Assembly (NCBI GenBank): GCA_902628335.1
Contig: CACOMO010000001.1
Span: forward strand, 45,313-109,312
DNA length: 64,000 nt
DNA from: an uncultured Gammaproteobacteria bacterium
Lineage (GTDB): Bacteria > Pseudomonadota > Gammaproteobacteria > GCA-002705445 > GCA-002716945
Reading direction: 5' to 3'
Position 1 is the first letter of the stretch. Every line of letters starts with the position of its first letter. Below are positions 35,423 to 45,144 of this stretch, piece by piece. Under the pieces are notes generated by a model. That model was not told the origin of the DNA and made no database searches. It was given only the letters and a program-made list of their open reading frames with translations. Both the position numbers and the translations under genes were made by a program.

Positions 35423-35985
35423 CTTTTGTCTATTGTGTCGAAATGTATTCCAAAACTACCCTCTTTCTTATCTTTATAGTATAGCTTGATAGTTCTTTCA
35501 ATAACCGTAAAAGCTATCTCATTCCATGGTATCTCATTTTCTCCAAATAGACGAACTTCTTCGCTCTCTAATCCTGCAGAAAATTCACCGTCAAGTAATT
35601 CGCCGTGGTACATCATATAAACCTGGCTTATATGCGGGAGATTACACATTAAAAATAATTGTATGTGTTTTGTTTTTGCACCTGCTTCTTCCATTGTCTC
35701 TCTAAGTGCTCCTGCTTCAACTGTCTCATAATTTTCAAGGAACCCTGCAGGCAATGTCCAATAACCGGATCTTGGCTCAGTTGCTCTCTTACAAAGCATT
35801 ATCTTGTTCTCCCACGTTAAGAGGCATCCAGAGACAATTTTTGGATTTTCGTAAAAAATTGACCCGCACGATTCGCAAACAGCTCTGTGCCTATTATCGC
35901 CATCGGGTATCTTTATAGTTGTGGGAGAACCACATTTTGAGCAGAATCCTTGTGTTGGTTTTTTATATTCAATTTGCTTATTCAC
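35419..35985 (-). CDS. NUDIX hydrolase with an N-terminal zinc-ribbon
   Basis: Nudix box GYWTLPAGFLENYETVEAGALRETMEEAGA, preceded by CSKCGS...CESCGS. GTG start 17 nt after the tRNA-Glu 3' end. Confidence 0.8.
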   Translation of the reverse strand: MNKQIEYKKPTQGFCSKCGSPTTIKIPDGDNRHRAVCESCGSIFYENPKIVSGCLLTWENKIMLCKRATEPRSGYWTLPAGFLENYETVEAGALRETMEEAGAKTKHIQLFLMCNLPHISQVYMMYHGELLDGEFSAGLESEEVRLFGENEIPWNEIAFTVIERTIKLYYKDKKEGSFGIHFDTIDKR

Positions 35986-36002
35986 TTGAATTAAACGATT
36001 TA

Positions 36003-36075
36003 CATCCCCAAGGGGAGTCGAACCCCTGTTGCCGAGATGAAAACCCGGTGTCCTAGGCCTCTAGACGATGGGGAC
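36003..36075 (-). tRNA. tRNA-Glu (anticodon UUC), no encoded CCA
   Basis: The reverse complement GTCCCCATCGTCTAGAGGCCTAGGACACCGGGTTTTCATCTCGGCAACAGGGGTTCGACTCCCCTTGGGGATG folds as a cloverleaf. Acceptor GTCCCCA/TGGGGAT, anticodon stem CCGGG/CTCGG with loop TTTTCAT, T-arm AGGGG-TTCGACT-CCCCT. Confidence 0.9.
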
Positions 36076-36214
36076 ATAAATCGTATCCTTTCATCACTTT
36101 TTAATACCGAATAATTATACCTATTAATTTAATAAATTGATAATAAATATGATCGATATTGAATAACACAAAAGATTTTATGTGATATTTGTAGGGTTTT
36201 TCTCAATATATATA

Positions 36215-36235
36215 AGACTCAAACATTTTGAGTCT
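36215..36235 (-). terminator. Possible terminator hairpin after the 36244-37356 gene
   Basis: 9-bp stem AGACTCAAA/TTTGAGTCT with a 3-nt loop, 9 nt downstream of the stop. U/A-rich tails on both sides. Confidence 0.4.
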
Positions 36236-36243
36236 ATTTGCTT

Positions 36244-37356
36244 TTAACTACAATCTTTTTTTGAGAATTTGTCAGTAATGCTCTTGATATTCTCTCTAGC
36301 TTGAGAAATATCACTTTCTTTCGCAAAGGACTCAGCGCCAGTGAAGTAAAAAACATATGAGGGCTGATCATCTACATATTTTTCGGTGCATATAATTGAT
36401 TCATTCTCTAATTTACTATTCCATGATAATCTAACTTCATGCCAATAATCTTTTGTAGAACTCCAGTATTTATTTGCAGCTTCAAAATCATAATTTTTTA
36501 TTTTTTGATATCTCGCTATTCCATATTCAGAACCAATATAATCATTCTCCTTGGTAACTTTGTCATTCATTTCTTCCATAACCCAACCCCAAGGTAATAT
36601 TGTTATTTTGTTAACACCAGATAAAAAGTCATAATCATCTCTAACTGAGAATTCTCTCCTAGGTAATGGTCGGGGTGTAATTTGACTAATCCATTTAGAA
36701 CCTCCATCACCATGCACCCATTTACCATAAGATTCATATCTAGGTGTGTCATCAACTTGATAAACTGATTGACTCCAAGTTCCAGATATATCTGATGGTG
36801 TGATATTCTTCCATTTCATATCTGGCTGATAGGTAAATATGTTCTTATCCTCATATCTCCAATCTTGTCTCCAGTGTTTTACAACATGAGAATTAACAAC
36901 TTCACCACTCTCGTCGGTGAAATGCATCATAATAATATGTTGAAGAGAGATAAAATCCTCTTCTACTTTAATTGGAATTACCATTTCAGTGCCCCATGAT
37001 TTGTAAGGGCTATCAAGCTCGTAATCAAACGTGCTTCCAAACATTTCTGTAAATTCAAAGTTAGCTCTAAACTCACCAATCATAGAAAGAATTGCGTATC
37101 TGTCTTTGTCTCTAAGATTTCTAGATTTTGAAAGTTGGGTATAATATTCAGATGGTTTAGAATCAAGTTCTGGCTTAAGTCCTTTAGTTGTGCCACCTCG
37201 TGGTTTTTGAATATGTTGTCTATCTATAACCCAATTAATTTCATTTTGATTTTTTAGAGTTTTAGATTTATTACCGTATGATTGGGCATTAATAATCTCA
37301 GGGTTTGTTAATAAAACCATTAGAAAAAATATGTAAATACGTTTGATCATTAACAT
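36244..37356 (-). CDS. Secreted Trp/Tyr-rich hypothetical protein
   Basis: 370 aa with a signal peptide (IYIFFLMVLLTNPEIINA) and strings such as HWRQDWRYED and LPWGWVMEE. No family assigned with confidence. Confidence 0.5.
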   Translation of the reverse strand: MLMIKRIYIFFLMVLLTNPEIINAQSYGNKSKTLKNQNEINWVIDRQHIQKPRGGTTKGLKPELDSKPSEYYTQLSKSRNLRDKDRYAILSMIGEFRANFEFTEMFGSTFDYELDSPYKSWGTEMVIPIKVEEDFISLQHIIMMHFTDESGEVVNSHVVKHWRQDWRYEDKNIFTYQPDMKWKNITPSDISGTWSQSVYQVDDTPRYESYGKWVHGDGGSKWISQITPRPLPRREFSVRDDYDFLSGVNKITILPWGWVMEEMNDKVTKENDYIGSEYGIARYQKIKNYDFEAANKYWSSTKDYWHEVRLSWNSKLENESIICTEKYVDDQPSYVFYFTGAESFAKESDISQARENIKSITDKFSKKDCS

Positions 37357-37447
37357 TCCATTATTAATTATACGACACTACTATTAGAATCTAACTACTC
37401 ATAAATTGCAAATACTATAGTAGTCAATTGATAGCATAGTCCAGTAT

Positions 37448-37475
37448 CTTGAAAAAAATATAAACGCCCATAAAT
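37448..37475 (+). promoter_or_regulatory. Putative sigma32 (heat-shock) promoter upstream of the hsp20 gene
   Basis: CTTGAAA (37448-37454), a 12-nt spacer, then CCCATAAAT, resembling the CTTGAAA...CCCCATnT consensus. The spacer is slightly short. About 60 nt upstream of the ibpA-like start. Confidence 0.45.
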
Positions 37476-37536
37476 TGTAAAATGAGTGCCTTAATGGACT
37501 CATATTTAACTTTGCTAACTTTAGGAGGTTAGAATT

Positions 37537-37992
37537 ATGACAAGTAGAAATTTATCTATTTTTAATAAACTAAGACCAATTAGTGTTGGATTTGATGATG
37601 TGTTTAATCATTTTGAATCACTATTTAATGATGATTACTTCACACTTTCATCAACTGTTGGAACAAATTATCCACCTTACAATATTGTGAGGTCTGATGA
37701 GAATAAATATGATATCGAAATAGCACTAGCAGGCTTCAATCGCGATGATATCGATGTAAGTGTTGAAGATAGTGTGCTAACTATTGAAACAAAGAGTATT
37801 AATGAATCGTCGCATGATGAGTCAAATGAAGTAATTCATAGAGGAATCTCTAAACGATATTTTAAAAAGTTATTCACATTAGCTTCTGATGTAGAAGTTC
37901 ATAGTGCAGAACTAAAAGATGGTCTTCTCAGAATATCAATGGAAAGAATCATACCTGAAAACAAAAAACGTAAAACAATCGACGTTTCTTAA
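37537..37992 (+). CDS. ibpA: Small heat-shock protein (Hsp20/IbpA family)
   Basis: 151 aa with an alpha-crystallin domain: PPYNIVRSDENKYDIEIALAGFNRDDIDV ... AELKDGLLRI. GGAGG Shine-Dalgarno upstream. Confidence 0.85.
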   Translation: MTSRNLSIFNKLRPISVGFDDVFNHFESLFNDDYFTLSSTVGTNYPPYNIVRSDENKYDIEIALAGFNRDDIDVSVEDSVLTIETKSINESSHDESNEVIHRGISKRYFKKLFTLASDVEVHSAELKDGLLRISMERIIPENKKRKTIDVS

Positions 37993-37998
37993 AAAATT

Positions 37999-38024
37999 AT
38001 GGCGCTATGAAAATAGCGCCATAT
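37999..38024. terminator. Bidirectional terminator between the convergent hsp20 and gltX genes
   Basis: Perfect 11-bp stem TATGGCGCTAT/ATAGCGCCATA with a GAAA loop and A/T runs on both sides. Confidence 0.7.
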
Positions 38025-38025
38025 A

Positions 38026-39381
38026 TTAATTACTCATGAAATCACGTAGCTTAGATAGTCTATCTAGCGTCCTTCTCTTACCCAAAATAAAACAAAGTTC
38101 ATTCACTGCTGGAGCTTTTAATCGACCAGTTAGACCAAATCGTATTATTGGTCCAAAATCCTTAAATTTAAGATTGTTCTCCTCAGCAAAATTAGCAAAA
38201 AAATTGCTCAATGAAGCCTCATCGTCAAAGCCTATCTCTGATAATTGAGCAATTATGTTATCTAGAATAACTATATCTTTTTCAGATTTAAATTTTTTAT
38301 AGATCTCATTATCAAAAGAGATTTCTTCGGTGAAGTAATATCCTAAACCTCCAGCAATATCTTTGAGATTAAAATCTCTCTCTATGCCAAGGGCTAATAT
38401 TTTTTCTAAGTAAGAGTTATCTGTAATTGATATATTCTGACTTTGAAGATATGGTTTAATTAAATCAGCAACATTGCTAATACTCATTTTTTTAATGTAT
38501 TGTTGATTCATCCAATTTAGCTTATCGTAATCAAATATTGCAGAAGATTTAGACACTTTATCAAGAGAAAATAATTTTTTTAACTCGTCAATTGAAAAAA
38601 ATTCTTTGTCTCCATGAGACCATCCAGTTTTGGCTAGATAATTTACAATAGAATCTTTAAGGTAACCATCATCAAGAAAGCTATTAATATCAACAGAACC
38701 ATGCCTTTTAGAGAGTCGCTTACCATCTTTACCATGAATCATTGGTAAATGAGCAAATTTAGGTGTTACATAACCAAGAGCATCAAAAATATTTATTTGC
38801 ACAGGAGTATTATTGAGATGATCATCTCCTCTTATAATATGTGTGATACCCATATAGTTATCGTCAATTACTGAAGTTAAGTTATATGTAGGCATACCAT
38901 TTGATCTTAAGATAACTACATCATTTATTGCTTTCGCGCTAAACTTAACTGTCCCATGAATCATATCTTCTACAATATGTTTTTCTTTTAGAGGATTACG
39001 GAACCTTATAACGTATCCCTGCTTATTTAGCCTATTTTCATATTCAAGTTCTAGATTTGTATCTTTGGTTTTTTCATTTAATTCAACTTGATCATAGTAA
39101 GCCATGTCTTTTTTAAGAAGAATCTCTATGGAGTCGATATACGCATCAAGTCTATTCGATTGATAAACAGGGTCACTATCTGATTTAAGATCTAACCTAC
39201 TAAGTGAGTTTAAAATTGATTGTAAATAATCGCTCTTGCACCTTCCCTTATCTGTGTCATCTATACGCAAAAGAAATTCACCATTTTGACTTTTAGCAAA
39301 CAACCAAGAAAACAGAGCTGTTCTGACTCCACCTATATGTAACCATCCAGTAGGACTTGGTGCAAATCTTGTTTTTATCAT
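38026..39381 (-). CDS. gltX: Glutamyl-tRNA synthetase
   Basis: 451 aa with a HIGH motif (FAPSPTGWLHIGG) and a KMSKS-type motif (KRLSKRHG). Confidence 0.93.
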   Translation of the reverse strand: MIKTRFAPSPTGWLHIGGVRTALFSWLFAKSQNGEFLLRIDDTDKGRCKSDYLQSILNSLSRLDLKSDSDPVYQSNRLDAYIDSIEILLKKDMAYYDQVELNEKTKDTNLELEYENRLNKQGYVIRFRNPLKEKHIVEDMIHGTVKFSAKAINDVVILRSNGMPTYNLTSVIDDNYMGITHIIRGDDHLNNTPVQINIFDALGYVTPKFAHLPMIHGKDGKRLSKRHGSVDINSFLDDGYLKDSIVNYLAKTGWSHGDKEFFSIDELKKLFSLDKVSKSSAIFDYDKLNWMNQQYIKKMSISNVADLIKPYLQSQNISITDNSYLEKILALGIERDFNLKDIAGGLGYYFTEEISFDNEIYKKFKSEKDIVILDNIIAQLSEIGFDDEASLSNFFANFAEENNLKFKDFGPIIRFGLTGRLKAPAVNELCFILGKRRTLDRLSKLRDFMSN

Positions 39382-40701
39382 TTATAGAGTTAACCTAAAA
39401 TCTTCTACTACAGCACCAGGTATCGTAGAGCTATGAACAGAACGTTGCTCATAGGTGCTGGTATCCATGAGTAGCTGTTGTTCATTAGTCAATCCAGCTA
39501 ATTTTGTACCGAAGATGTTGTACATTGTTTCATCGAACCTCATTGTATTAATTGGTCCTATCAATTCACCATCTTTAACATAAAAGCAACCAAAACGAGT
39601 CAATCCTGTTACTCTAGCATTATTCCTATCTGAGAAATTTAAATACCAAAGGTTATTTAAATATATACCTGTGCCTAGGGTTTCAAGAATTTTCTTTGAA
39701 TTAATCTCGCCTGTCTCAAGTTTTATAGAAACTGGAGATTCGTAATCCTCAGCTGCATTATGTTTTACAGAATACTCCAGTGCTGAACGGGGTGAGATTA
39801 GCGATTTCTGGTACTTACCTTCTGTAATTAATTCAGTATTGTTGGGTTTTATGAATCCGTCTGAGTGGAACTTTGGCGAGATACCATTACTTAAGTCTTC
39901 ACTGAATGACACCGATTTATCGAATTCTCTGTCTCCCTTTGCCATAAGATGTAGAGGGCTCGAACCTATCTTATTTGCTTTGTAACTAAAACCGCCCCAA
40001 GACATCATGTCAATTATTTCATTTAAAGCAGATGGTGATAGGTATACCCTATATGAGCCAGGTTCAACTTTCTGCTCGTCGTTACTTATGACTGATAATT
40101 GTTGTGCAGACTCAGCATACAATCTTGTAAAAGTATCTTGATTCCATTTTCTATCTGCATAGTTTTGTTTGACAGCTTTACCATTATCATCATATAGCGA
40201 CCAATCAAAGTTAAATGAGTCGCTCTCGTGCCAATTAAATTGCCCTAATGAATTAGCAAAACCTTTGACGATCTTCCCAGAGGATAATATACCGACCATA
40301 TCATGACTTGATGAAATATCTAGTATTCTGGATGACATATTCTGCGCGTTTAAACCTTGATCATCAATTAGGTTTGAAGAATTTATATTCTTTTCATATA
40401 TTAAATAAGGGTCTTTTGGAAGCTCATTAACCTCTCTTCGCAAAAAAAATAAAGTTCTGACTAACAAGGTTTTATCTCTAGTATATTCAGTACTCAGTCT
40501 CAGGGAAGATCGGAGAGTTTTCCCTTTCTTAATAAGGTTTATGTCGAGGCTTACCTGATGAACTCTTCCCGCCTGACGAATCTTTGATTTGTTATATCGA
40601 ACAAAGTCCGTTTCCTCTGCATCAAAGTTAAGGATGAGTATCTCCGAGCTTTCTAGTGCATTAAAAAGAAGGTCAGAAATTTTTTTAAAATAGTTTCGCA
40701 C
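39382..40701 (-). CDS. pmbA: PmbA/TldE-family protein (partner of TldD)
   Basis: 439 aa. Immediately downstream of tldD with a 1-nt overlap. Sequence is PmbA/TldD-superfamily-like and lacks an HExxxH motif. Confidence 0.72.
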   Translation of the reverse strand: MRNYFKKISDLLFNALESSEILILNFDAEETDFVRYNKSKIRQAGRVHQVSLDINLIKKGKTLRSSLRLSTEYTRDKTLLVRTLFFLRREVNELPKDPYLIYEKNINSSNLIDDQGLNAQNMSSRILDISSSHDMVGILSSGKIVKGFANSLGQFNWHESDSFNFDWSLYDDNGKAVKQNYADRKWNQDTFTRLYAESAQQLSVISNDEQKVEPGSYRVYLSPSALNEIIDMMSWGGFSYKANKIGSSPLHLMAKGDREFDKSVSFSEDLSNGISPKFHSDGFIKPNNTELITEGKYQKSLISPRSALEYSVKHNAAEDYESPVSIKLETGEINSKKILETLGTGIYLNNLWYLNFSDRNNARVTGLTRFGCFYVKDGELIGPINTMRFDETMYNIFGTKLAGLTNEQQLLMDTSTYEQRSVHSSTIPGAVVEDFRLTL

Positions 40702-42134
40702 TATACTCCACCGAAAACATCAATTTCTTTAAAGTGACAAGCAGGTGTTGCGTGACCAACAAAAATAGTTTGATTGGGCTCACCTTTACCACAGTTTGAC
40801 GTCCCAAGAATCTCATATGTGCTCTTGTCGCCAACATTCACCAAGTTATTCCAGAATTTTTCAGTTATACCACGATAATTAACATTTTTAACGATATTGG
40901 TAAACTTGCCATCTTTTATCAATGTTCCTTTCTCACAACCAAATTGAAATTTGTTCCTCTTATCGTCAATAGACCATGAGTTGTTTGTTTCTACGTAAAT
41001 TCCTTCACTAATCGATGATACCATTTCATTTAGACTCGATTTACCAGGCTCGAGATTTATGTTACCCATTCTATCGATAGGGGGCCTATTCCAGTTACAA
41101 GCACGAGAACAAGCCACGTAATCCATCTCTGCTCTCTGTGAGGAAAATAAACCACCAATTGGCCTCAGAAGAATACCATCTTTAATTAAATATTCTCGTT
41201 TAGCCTCAGTACCATCGTCATCATAATTACATGAAGCCAGTTCGCTTGATACGGATGGATCAAAAGTCACGTTTAGGCAATCAGATCCATACTTATACTT
41301 TCCAAACATTTCTTGATTGACAAAACTTGAACCAGCATAATTTCTTTCATCGCCTAAGATTCTGTCTAATTCTAGTGGGTGTCCTATAGATTCATGAATT
41401 TGGAGAATCATCTGGTCTGGAGCAATAATAATATCTGTAATATTATTTTCACAATTTTTTGCTCTCGATAGTTCAACTACATCTTCTGATAATTCTAATG
41501 CTTTATCATGCATTGCAATTGTGTCTATAAAATCATACCCTGCTTGCCTTGCATGAGCATGCCCGCCATACGTACGCGTTTGTATTTCTTTCTTATATTC
41601 AGCAGATACGATCATCTGAGGAAGAATATAAGATAATTTCTGCCTAATGTTAGAGTCAATTGTGTCTATGAACTGAGTTTCAATCGTATTATGTCTAATA
41701 CCTGCTCCCCAATTGGAAATCGATGGCTTAGATTTAAGTGCTCTATTAACCTCTAGGAGAAAATCGGCTTTATCTTTCATTGAAACTTTTGACCATTGTT
41801 CGTTCTCTTTTGTAAAAAAAGATCCATTTTGAGTTTGTATTTTCGAGAGATCTGGATAATAAGTTAGTTTATCCTTAGAGTATCCAGACCAGTTTAAAGC
41901 AAAATCTATAGCAGCTTTGATCCCTGATTTAGTTGTGTTACTTGTAGCACCATAGCCAAAACCACCATCATTAAAGACTGTTACCATTATTCCCTCATCC
42001 TCATAGATAGAAACTGGCTCTACGACGCTCCTTGTTGCATTTATTATGTTACTATATCTGCTCACAAACCTAATGGAGCAATAATCGACATTAGGCAAAA
42101 GTGGTCTAACGATATTAACAAAATCCTCTTTCAT
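40701..42134 (-). CDS. tldD: Metalloprotease TldD
   Basis: 477 aa with the motif HESIGHPLELD (HExxxH) and the typical C-terminal GxC region (GTSNCGKGEP). Confidence 0.88.
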   Translation of the reverse strand: MKEDFVNIVRPLLPNVDYCSIRFVSRYSNIINATRSVVEPVSIYEDEGIMVTVFNDGGFGYGATSNTTKSGIKAAIDFALNWSGYSKDKLTYYPDLSKIQTQNGSFFTKENEQWSKVSMKDKADFLLEVNRALKSKPSISNWGAGIRHNTIETQFIDTIDSNIRQKLSYILPQMIVSAEYKKEIQTRTYGGHAHARQAGYDFIDTIAMHDKALELSEDVVELSRAKNCENNITDIIIAPDQMILQIHESIGHPLELDRILGDERNYAGSSFVNQEMFGKYKYGSDCLNVTFDPSVSSELASCNYDDDGTEAKREYLIKDGILLRPIGGLFSSQRAEMDYVACSRACNWNRPPIDRMGNINLEPGKSSLNEMVSSISEGIYVETNNSWSIDDKRNKFQFGCEKGTLIKDGKFTNIVKNVNYRGITEKFWNNLVNVGDKSTYEILGTSNCGKGEPNQTIFVGHATPACHFKEIDVFGGV

Positions 42135-42169
42135 GATAGTATAATTATTATATCACTGAGGTCTCGATA

Positions 42170-43117
42170 ATGCATGATGTTTACCCACTTTTGAAATATA
42201 CAGATTTTCCGGAAATATATAGAAAGAAGCTCAAGACTGCCCAAGTCAATTTAGGATATAAATGTAATCAAGCCTGCGTTCATTGTCATGTGAACGCAAG
42301 TCCAAAAAGAAAGGAGGAAATGTCAAAAAATGTAATGCTTGATATACTTCACTTTGTAAAAGTTTTTGATATTAAATCTATTGATCTTACTGGGGGTGCT
42401 CCTGAACTAAACAAGAATTTTAAATATTTTGTTAAAGAATTAAAGAAAATGGGATGCCATGTGATTGACCGATGTAACCTGACTATACTCCTAGAAAAAG
42501 ATCAGCATGGTTTAGCAGAGTTTTTAAGTGAAAACGAAGTAGAAATAATTGCCTCTCTACCATGTTATTTAGGAGAAAACGTAGATAAACAGAGAGGCAA
42601 AAATGTCTTTCAATCAAGCATAAAGGCTATGAGAATACTCAATGATTTAGGTTATGGGTTTAGAGAAAAGCTCAAGCTAAATTTAGTTTATAATCCATCT
42701 GGCCCAGAACTTCCTCCGTCACAAGTCAAACTTAAGACAGATTATATTAAATTTTTATCAGATAAATATAATGTCTACTTCAATGATCTTTATACCATTA
42801 CAAATATGCCTATTGCTCGCTTTGGGAGTACGCTCGTTTCAAAAAATAAGTTTAATAGCTACATGAAGTTATTAAAAAATTCATTTTGTGAGGGAACATT
42901 GAAAAATGTAATGTGCAAATCACTCATTAGTATCGACTACAAAGGTTTCATTTATGATTGCGATTTTAATCAAATGTTGAACATAAAAACAAGAAATGGC
43001 TCTCCAAATGTCAGAGATCTACCAGATATTCTTGCTGGTCAGGAAATTTCAACAGGAGATCATTGTTATGGTTGCACCGCTGGTTCAGGAAGTAGTTGTG
43101 GTGGGAGTTTATTATGA
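42170..43117 (+). CDS. arsS: Radical SAM/Cys-rich domain protein of the ArsS (arsenosugar biosynthesis) type, Cys version of the C-terminal selenodomain
   Basis: 315 aa. CNQACVHC (CxxxCxxC) cluster motif and a C-terminal GDHCYGCTAGSGSSCGG tail characteristic of this family. Confidence 0.82.
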   Translation: MHDVYPLLKYTDFPEIYRKKLKTAQVNLGYKCNQACVHCHVNASPKRKEEMSKNVMLDILHFVKVFDIKSIDLTGGAPELNKNFKYFVKELKKMGCHVIDRCNLTILLEKDQHGLAEFLSENEVEIIASLPCYLGENVDKQRGKNVFQSSIKAMRILNDLGYGFREKLKLNLVYNPSGPELPPSQVKLKTDYIKFLSDKYNVYFNDLYTITNMPIARFGSTLVSKNKFNSYMKLLKNSFCEGTLKNVMCKSLISIDYKGFIYDCDFNQMLNIKTRNGSPNVRDLPDILAGQEISTGDHCYGCTAGSGSSCGGSLL

Positions 43118-43788
43118 AAGAAATTTCAATAATAATACCCTGTCTTAATGAGGAGAAAGAGATTAATAAATGTCTAAATTCACTCAACTTCAAATGCATA
43201 AGGAATAAATGTGAAATTATTTTAGTTGATGGTAAAAGTACAGATAACACTGTTTGTAGGGCAAAAGGACTAGTTGATAAATGTTTGATTGTTAGTCCTG
43301 ATAGATCTAATCAACTAATGGCAGGTGCATCAATTGCTAGTGGGTCTATATTAGTATTTCTCCATGCTGACACAATTCTAAGTAAAGAAAATGTCGATGA
43401 AATTTTGAGTAAAGGTGACGCACATAAATGGGGCTTTTTTAATATAAAGTTTGACGTCGTGACTTATAAGTATAAATTTTTATCATATTTAATCAATCTT
43501 AGGTCAAGAGTGCTTGATATCTGCACTGGTGATCAGTGTATGGTGATAAATAAGGGTATATTTGATGAGACTGGTGGTTTTCCTGACATTAGGTTGATGG
43601 AAGATCTTGAAATATGTAGTAATTTAAAAAAGATTAATAAACCATATATTTTCAAGACCTGTGTAGAGACTTCGTCAAGAAGATGGCGTGCTAATGGTTT
43701 CTTGATGACAATATTTAAGATGCAATTCTTGAAGGTTTTATATTATTTAGGTGCCAATACACGAGTCTTGCAGCGATTATATAAATGA
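43114..43788 (+). CDS. Family-2 glycosyltransferase of the rSAM/selenodomain-associated transferase-2 type
   Basis: ISIIIPCLNEE ... VDGKSTDNT GT2 signature. The start is set at the ATG overlapping the arsS stop (ATGA), not at the track's 43096. Confidence 0.72.
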   Translation: MKEISIIIPCLNEEKEINKCLNSLNFKCIRNKCEIILVDGKSTDNTVCRAKGLVDKCLIVSPDRSNQLMAGASIASGSILVFLHADTILSKENVDEILSKGDAHKWGFFNIKFDVVTYKYKFLSYLINLRSRVLDICTGDQCMVINKGIFDETGGFPDIRLMEDLEICSNLKKINKPYIFKTCVETSSRRWRANGFLMTIFKMQFLKVLYYLGANTRVLQRLYK

Positions 43789-44369
43789 ATACATCTATAA
43801 ACTTATTCACCAAATGTCCATATACAGGTAATCCAAAAACAAGATTATCATCCTTTTTTACAAAATCAGAGCGCACATTTATTTCAGAGTACTTATTGAC
43901 TAGTATAATTGACGAGGTCAGTGAATTATCATTAAACAATATCTCTAGGAACATTCATGTCTATCCCGACGTCTCTCAAAGATTTGTAAATTCATTTAAA
44001 AATCTCAATGATTTCAATCTAATAAGACAAAGAGGCAGAAACTTAAACATGAGAATGCTTAATTGCATAAAAGAGCAAGCTCAACAAGCTAGGAAAGTAC
44101 TACTTTTTGGGAGTGATATACCTGGTCTGACTTCTGAAATTATTGAGGACGGGTTAATACGGCTTGATTCTCATGATGCTGTTATAGGGCCTGCGACTGA
44201 TGGAGGTTATTATTTAATTGGGTTCAAAGATTTTCATGAGAAATATACGCATAGTATTAATTTAAAACCGGAAAATATTAGGAGTAGTCTTAGTAATAAC
44301 AAGCTTATATTTTCAGAGTTAGAGCAACTATCGGATATTGATTGTCCGAATGACTTATTGATTATTTGA
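43785..44369 (+). CDS. DUF2064-family protein of the rSAM/selenodomain-associated transferase-1 type
   Basis: 194 aa. N-terminal LFTKCPYTGNPKTRL matches the F.K.P..G.vKTRL pattern, followed by GSDIPGL and GPATDGGYYLIG. ATGA overlap with the preceding gene. Confidence 0.68.
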   Translation: MNTSINLFTKCPYTGNPKTRLSSFFTKSERTFISEYLLTSIIDEVSELSLNNISRNIHVYPDVSQRFVNSFKNLNDFNLIRQRGRNLNMRMLNCIKEQAQQARKVLLFGSDIPGLTSEIIEDGLIRLDSHDAVIGPATDGGYYLIGFKDFHEKYTHSINLKPENIRSSLSNNKLIFSELEQLSDIDCPNDLLII

Positions 44370-45144
44370 TTTTCTTAGGGAAATGAGTTTTTGGATCTAC
44401 ATTTTTATCATACAATTCATTGAGTTTTATATATTTCATGTATGTGTTAAACATAGTCGTGGTAGCAACAGTAAATCCATCTAGCCCCTGGAGGATTCCA
44501 CCTTTTATGATAAGTTTCTTAAAGAAAGCAAATAATGAATGAGTAATCGGCCTTAAATTAGATCTTTTGACACCTTGTGAGTGGAGCGTCTTTGCGCTTT
44601 GAGTACTGTAAAAGTTTATTTTATTAATCCAATCAGTATATGATTGATAAGTATAGTGTCGTATATGCAAATCTAATTTTCGAGACTTTGCATCTATAAA
44701 TGCGTGTGATGTACTAGAATTATAGTTAACATAATTTTTATTGAAAAGTCTTGTAACTCTATCTGGATAAAAGCTAGCAGCTTTAATCCATCTCGATCCA
44801 CAAAAGTTTCTTCTTTTAAATGAATATGCTTTAAATGAGGAAGTGTCTAAGTCTAGACTTTGGACAAAATCAATCAAGTCATCTTCTAATCTCTCGTCTG
44901 AATCTAGACTAAACACCCAGTCATTAGAAGCATAAGATGCTGCTAATTTTTTTTGGGGTCCATCACCGAGAAATTCTTGCTCGTATATTTTTGCGCCTAG
45001 TCTTTTTGCAATACTTGTAGTGTTATCAGAGCTAAGTGAATCTAGAACAATAATCTCATTACATATTTTCTTTAGAGAAATAATGCAATCCTCAATGACA
45101 GCTTCATTATTCAGAGTTATTATAGTTCCTGTTATTTTTTTCAT
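44362..45144 (-). CDS. Family-2 glycosyltransferase (LPS core type)
   Basis: 260 aa with ITLNNEAVIEDCI...VLDSLSSDNT and the later DSDE motif. Confidence 0.72.
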   Translation of the reverse strand: MKKITGTIITLNNEAVIEDCIISLKKICNEIIVLDSLSSDNTTSIAKRLGAKIYEQEFLGDGPQKKLAASYASNDWVFSLDSDERLEDDLIDFVQSLDLDTSSFKAYSFKRRNFCGSRWIKAASFYPDRVTRLFNKNYVNYNSSTSHAFIDAKSRKLDLHIRHYTYQSYTDWINKINFYSTQSAKTLHSQGVKRSNLRPITHSLFAFFKKLIIKGGILQGLDGFTVATTTMFNTYMKYIKLNELYDKNVDPKTHFPKKIK

